Source: Deinococcota bacterium
GTDB taxonomy: Bacteria > Deinococcota > Deinococci > Deinococcales > Thermaceae
Direction of reading: 5' to 3'
DNA length: 10,580 nucleotides
Assembly: GCA_041695225.1 (NCBI GenBank)
Contig: JBGFRI010000047.1
Span: forward strand, 1-10,580
The translations under genes and the position numbers were made by a program. Positions 7,661 to 10,580 of the stretch are shown here, one piece after another (the stretch's first letter is position 1; every line of letters begins with the position of its first letter). The notes beneath the pieces were generated by a model. The model was not told the origin of the DNA and did not search any database. It saw nothing but the letters and a program-made list of their open reading frames with translations.

Positions 7661-7748
7661 GTCACCAGGGGTGCCGTTCTGGCTGAGAGGGCTATAGGCC
7701 CAACCCTCGCGAACCTGATCCGGATAATACCGGCGTAGGGAGCGTGAT
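7661..7748 (+). ncRNA. TPP riboswitch (THI element) aptamer
   Basis: Hallmark segments GGGGTGC, GCTGAGA, ACCC and GAACCTGATCCGGATAATACCGGCGTAGGGA. P1 is TCAC(7662-7665)/GTGA(7744-7747). It lies upstream of thiamine-related genes. Confidence 0.96.
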
Positions 7749-7769
7749 TGCAGCAGCAGCCTAAACCGG

Positions 7770-7797
7770 GCCTCCCTGGGTGGACAGGGAGGCTTTT
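7770..7797 (+). terminator. Riboswitch expression-platform hairpin (SD sequester and/or intrinsic terminator)
   Basis: A perfect 9-bp stem GCCTCCCTG-ggtgga-CAGGGAGGC is followed by TTTT and then ATG(7798). The 3' arm contains the SD GGGAGG. Confidence 0.8.
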
Positions 7798-8088
7798 ATG
7801 ATATCTAAAACACTGGCTACGCCAGCAGCCCTGAATATCGCCGACCCGGACGCCAGCCGAGCTGCAAGCTATACGCAGACCAGGTGTTGCGAGCAAGGAC
7901 TAAAGCGGGTAGGTGAATCGGGTCGCATGGTCGCCAGGACTCCGCTCTGTGCTATCGGAGGCATCCCGGGCGAACGCACGGCGACAGTCTTCACCGCCGG
8001 CGCCCTTCTGTTCTGGGTGTTTACCGAGGTTAAGCTCAACCAGAATCCCGAGCGCCTGGTTCCTCGGTGGCTGGCGGTATCGGGATAA
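7798..8088 (+). pseudogene. 96-aa chimeric remnant: decayed ThiD-like N-terminus joined to the ThiE C-terminus
   Basis: TPAALNIADPDAS resembles the ThiD start (P.ALTIAGSDSSGGAGIQAD). QGLKRVGE...PLCAIGGIPGERTATVFTAGA....VFTEVKLNQNPERLV.RWL resembles the ThiE C-terminus (QGL.R...PLVAIGGI..ER...V..AGA..VAV...DPE....WL). Confidence 0.65.
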
Positions 8089-8146
8089 ACCGCTGCTCGC
8101 CGGACAGCAAAAATGCTTTTTTGCGGTGTTTGGGAGGAGAGATACC

Positions 8147-8785
8147 GTGGCTTTTCACGAAGACCTACTGAGCCTTGCTAAGCCAGTCTGGGAGGCAATG
8201 CTGGCCCACCCCTTTTTGACCGCCACGGCTGCCGGCCAGGTTACCGAGAGCAGTTTTAAAACCTGGCTGGCGCAAGACTACCTGTATGTCCGCGAGACCG
8301 TGCCCTTTCTGGGCGTGCTGCTGGCCAAGGCGCCACCTGCTTTGCGCGCCCCCTTGAGTGAGGCTATAGGTACGCTAAACCGCGAGCTCGATCTCTTCCG
8401 GCGGCAGGCTGAAGAGCTGGGGGTGGTGCTGGAGGGGCTCGAGATGGCCCCGACCTGCCACGCTTACACCCAGTTTATGCTGGCTACCGCTTACTCCCGG
8501 CCCTTCGCGGCTGGGTTTACCGTGCTTTACGGACTAGAAAAAGCCTATCTGGACTCCTGGATGCAGGTCAAAACCAACCAGCAGGGGTCCAGCCCTTACC
8601 AGGCTTTCATTGACAACTGGACCAGCCAGGCCTTTCAGGACTACGTGGCGTGGCTAGGGCACACCCTGGATGAGCTGGTGCAGCAGCAAGACAGGGTCGA
8701 GCTCGAGCGCCTATTTTTACTCACCGCACGCTATGAATACCTTTTTTGGCAGATGGCCTGGAACCAGGAGGGTTGGCCGGTATGA
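8147..8785 (+). CDS. tenA: TenA family (thiaminase II-like) pyrimidine salvage protein, TenA_E-type
   Basis: W..MLAHPF, WLAQDYLY, PTCHAYTQF, FIDNWTS and YEYLFWQMA. GTG start at 8147 with the SD GGAGGAG. The segment that carries the catalytic Cys in TenA_C (LLPC.W.Y) reads LYGLEKAY here. Confidence 0.9.
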   Translation: MAFHEDLLSLAKPVWEAMLAHPFLTATAAGQVTESSFKTWLAQDYLYVRETVPFLGVLLAKAPPALRAPLSEAIGTLNRELDLFRRQAEELGVVLEGLEMAPTCHAYTQFMLATAYSRPFAAGFTVLYGLEKAYLDSWMQVKTNQQGSSPYQAFIDNWTSQAFQDYVAWLGHTLDELVQQQDRVELERLFLLTARYEYLFWQMAWNQEGWPV

Positions 8786-10215
8786 GTGCCGAGCAGGTCA
8801 TTCTGGCGCTGCTGCTGGTTGGCGGCGGCTTTGCTGCGGTGGTGGGGGTCGCCCACGCCAGGGGCCGGGTCGCCACAATCGAAGACTATATCACTGCGCG
8901 CCGCAGCCTGGGCACCTGGGTAACCACAACCACCCTGGTCGCTTCGGGCATGGGCGCCTGGATCCTCTTTAGCCCTGCAGAAGCAGCGACCTGGGGCGGG
9001 CTGGTGGCTATCCTGGGTTACGGCCTGGGTGCAGCGGCGCCCCTGCTGATCTTCATCTTCCTGGGGAGGAGGCTCAGGCAGCTGATACCCGAAGGCCACA
9101 GCCTCACCGAATATGTCTGGCACCGTTACGGGTCAGGTTTGTATGCACTCACGCTGATCGTCACCCTCTTTTACATGTTCATCTTCCTGGCCGCCGAGAT
9201 CACAGCCATTGCCCTGATTGCAAAACTGGTGGCGGGAGTTCCCTTGTGGCTGACAGCGTTTGTGGTTATAGTCATCACCTTTGCCTACACCATCTATGGC
9301 GGTCTGCGGGCCTCGGTGCTGACTGATGTGGTTCAGGCGGCTCTGATCTTGCCCTTGCTGGCAGCGTTGCTGCTGGTTGGCTACCAGGCCCTCGGTGGCT
9401 TCCAGCCGGGTCTGGCAGGGCTCTCTGAACGGGCCCCGCAGCTGCTCGACTTCGGTCACCCGATGGGATGGCAAGCGGCGCTAACCTTTATTATCGCCAT
9501 CTCTGCTGCCAATCTCTTCCACCAGGGTTACTGGCAGCGCGTTTACGCGGCTCGCGATGAACGCACGCTTGGCGCCAGCTTCCTGCTCGCGGCCCTGGCG
9601 GTAATCCCTTTGGTGGTGGTGATGGGCCTTTTCGGCTTAGCGGCGGTTGGCTTGGACCGGGTTGATCATCCGTCGGTGGCTCTATTTAGTGTGTTACTAG
9701 AGGTTCTCCCGCCGGCGCTGCTTCTGGCGCTGATACTCCTCGGCCTGGTGCTGGCCATGAGCAGTATAGACTCCCTTTTGAACGGCATAGCCAGTCTGGT
9801 GGTAGTGGAAGCAGGCCGGTTCATGCGCGGGGCTAACGGTGCGCGCCTGCTGCGGCTCTCCCGCTGGCTGAGCGTGCTCCTGGCCCTTCCGCTGCTCTGG
9901 GTTGCCTCGCAGGGGTACAGCGTACTCTATCTGTTTCTGCTGGCCAATCTGGCCTGCACAGCGGCGGCCTTTCCTGTCTTTTACGGGCTTTACAGCCAGC
10001 GCTATACCGGTAAAGTAGCTATCTGGAGCATGCTGGCAGGCCTGGTAGCCGGAGGGCTTTTGTTCCCCGATCCGGCAATGACCAGAGGGCATCTGCTGGG
10101 CGCCTTCGTCCTGGCTGCGGTGGTACCGGTGATGGTCTCACTGGCACTAACGCCCCGGCGCACGGCTTTCGATCTCGAGTCGCTAAAAAGTCATGTGAGG
10201 GCCTTCCGTGATTGA
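8782..10215 (+). CDS. Sodium:solute symporter family transporter, ThiV-like putative thiamine/HMP-precursor importer
   Basis: Many hydrophobic segments, with SSS motifs EDYITAR, YTIYGGLRASVLTDVVQ, HQGYWQRVYAA and MSSIDSLLN. The ATG overlaps the tenA stop (ATGA 8782-8785). Substrate is inferred from context. Confidence 0.85.
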   Translation: MSAEQVILALLLVGGGFAAVVGVAHARGRVATIEDYITARRSLGTWVTTTTLVASGMGAWILFSPAEAATWGGLVAILGYGLGAAAPLLIFIFLGRRLRQLIPEGHSLTEYVWHRYGSGLYALTLIVTLFYMFIFLAAEITAIALIAKLVAGVPLWLTAFVVIVITFAYTIYGGLRASVLTDVVQAALILPLLAALLLVGYQALGGFQPGLAGLSERAPQLLDFGHPMGWQAALTFIIAISAANLFHQGYWQRVYAARDERTLGASFLLAALAVIPLVVVMGLFGLAAVGLDRVDHPSVALFSVLLEVLPPALLLALILLGLVLAMSSIDSLLNGIASLVVVEAGRFMRGANGARLLRLSRWLSVLLALPLLWVASQGYSVLYLFLLANLACTAAAFPVFYGLYSQRYTGKVAIWSMLAGLVAGGLLFPDPAMTRGHLLGAFVLAAVVPVMVSLALTPRRTAFDLESLKSHVRAFRD

Positions 10216-10455
10216 AGAGCCCTCCTCAAAGCGGGGCCTGCCTTTTCGTGCCCACTGATTGATCCCAGCTTTGTTGCCTTCCACTGGGTGGTGGATTCTC
10301 GCTCCCCACCTGGGCTGGTGATCGTTGGTGTGGACTGCTCTCTTACCATGGCGCCCTTCCAAACCGGTGTGATTTTGTGTGCGCTGGGCAACGCCCTATG
10401 CTATGCGTTATGACTGGCGCATGGACTGCCTTTCCCATAGCCTGGCAACCTCCCC

Positions 10456-10580
10456 CTAAACTGAAGTTCCCGAACAAGAATCGCACAGAGTTCCGTTGCC
10501 ATGCCGCTTTTCCCTCGCAGGGGCTGTCAGCTAACTGGCTACAGGGTGATTGTCTTCAGGAGTTCCAGGGCCCGACGCTG
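10456..10580 (-). mobile_element. Probable right end of an IS1634-like insertion sequence with the last 13 codons of the transposase
   Basis: Minus strand 10580-10539 reads QRRALELLKTITL-stop, like the '..PT..Q.RA.ELL' tails I recall for IS1634 transposases. It is followed by a terminus GGGAACTTCAGTTTAG (10471-10456) resembling ends of that group. Only 125 nt are visible. Confidence 0.5.

Noticed and set aside
7761..7776. CTAAACCGGGCCTCCC resembling the putative IS end at 10456
   Set aside because: 11/16 identity, same orientation, and already explained as part of the riboswitch platform.
7913..8146. 78-codon N-terminal extension of TenA
   Set aside because: It overlaps the ThiE-like remnant in another frame, and a strong SD supports GTG 8147.
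8746..8781. Upstream ATG for the symporter
   Set aside because: It lies inside tenA. The ATGA-coupled start at 8782 with an upstream GGAGG is more plausible.
10219..10247. Terminator after the symporter
   Set aside because: The stem is mismatched and the T-run is not adjacent.
528..10391. Other short or antisense ORFs in the six-frame track
   Set aside because: Nearly all overlap well-supported genes and none shows family motifs; such shadow ORFs are expected in GC-rich DNA.
1..10580. CRISPR array, tRNA/rRNA, SAM riboswitch or CymR box upstream of mccB
   Set aside because: No regularly spaced repeats, cloverleaf or rRNA signatures, or recognisable S-box/CymR motifs were seen.

Overview
GC-rich bacterial window, probably Deinococcota (inferred from the FolP N-terminus and repeated TANNNT-N6/7-start leaderless signals). 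It holds a mosaic of cofactor and sulfur metabolism genes. From left to right: a DadA-like FAD D-amino-acid dehydrogenase (-); a decayed folB 5' remnant; folP (-); a divergent Dph6-like adenine-nucleotide alpha hydrolase (+); a DinB/YfiT-family protein (-); and a Bacillus-like reverse-transsulfuration operon, transcribed mccB-mccA-yrrT-like methyltransferase (-). Divergent from that operon is a sigma70 promoter plus TPP riboswitch. It drives a short ORF that looks like an in-frame ThiD-N/ThiE-C deletion scar, then a TenA_E-type gene and an overlapping ThiV-like sodium:solute symporter (+). The window ends in the probable right end of an IS1634-like element. The most notable signals are the thiamine unit, apparently reduced from biosynthesis to pyrimidine salvage and uptake, the rearranged mccB-mccA-yrrT cassette without mtnN, and the broken fol operon. 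All family assignments are by eye from motifs; no searches were run.
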